DNA from: Vicugna vicugna
Taxonomy: Eukaryota
DNA length: 64,000 nt
Assembly: GCA_013265495.1 (NCBI GenBank)
Contig: MU057521.1
Location: 310,001 to 374,000 of the forward strand
Direction of reading: 5' to 3'
Shown one piece after another: positions 63,951-64,000 of the stretch. A program made the position numbers and the translations under genes. Position 1 is the stretch's first letter; the number at the start of each line of letters is the position of its first letter. The notes under the pieces were generated by a model. The model had not been told where the DNA came from, did no database searches, and saw only the letters and a program-made list of their open reading frames with translations.

Positions 63951-64000
63951 GCTAGAAACGAAAGTATACACTTTAATTATCATATTAAAGTAAACAGGTC

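Noticed and set aside
1..64000. Scattered TGA(C/G)TCA AP-1 heptamers and isolated GTAAGT donors (e.g. near 2029, 12555, 56423)
   Set aside because: Frequency not clearly above chance for 64 kb; several lie in repeats or lack a convincing partner splice site

Overview
Mammalian, AT-rich, non-coding-looking genomic DNA. It is probably camelid, inferred from the L1 3'-end type at 59.1 kb and the absence of recognisable Alu, B1, Bov-tA, CHR, PRE-1 or CAN SINEs. I recognise no protein-coding gene, RNA gene or CRISPR array. The ORFs in the track are either decayed L1 fragments or chance frames. Much of the window is old interspersed repeats (L1M-type LINE fragments, L2, MIR, MaLR/MLT LTRs, Tigger1, MER44, MER5, MER96B-like) plus microsatellites. 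Best-supported special features: a young ERV2/betaretrovirus-like solo LTR with an exact 6-bp TSD (4485-5021); a 5'-intact but internally deleted L1 (42.2-44.5 kb); two small CpG-rich promoter-like patches (20.6-20.9 kb, 30.1-30.3 kb); an exact 40-bp + poly(A) tandem duplication (14.8 kb). Several candidate exons with good splice signals on both strands suggest possible spliced lncRNA(s). Repeat family names are from visual recognition, not a database search, and boundaries are approximate unless a TSD is given. I found no convincing novel biological system.
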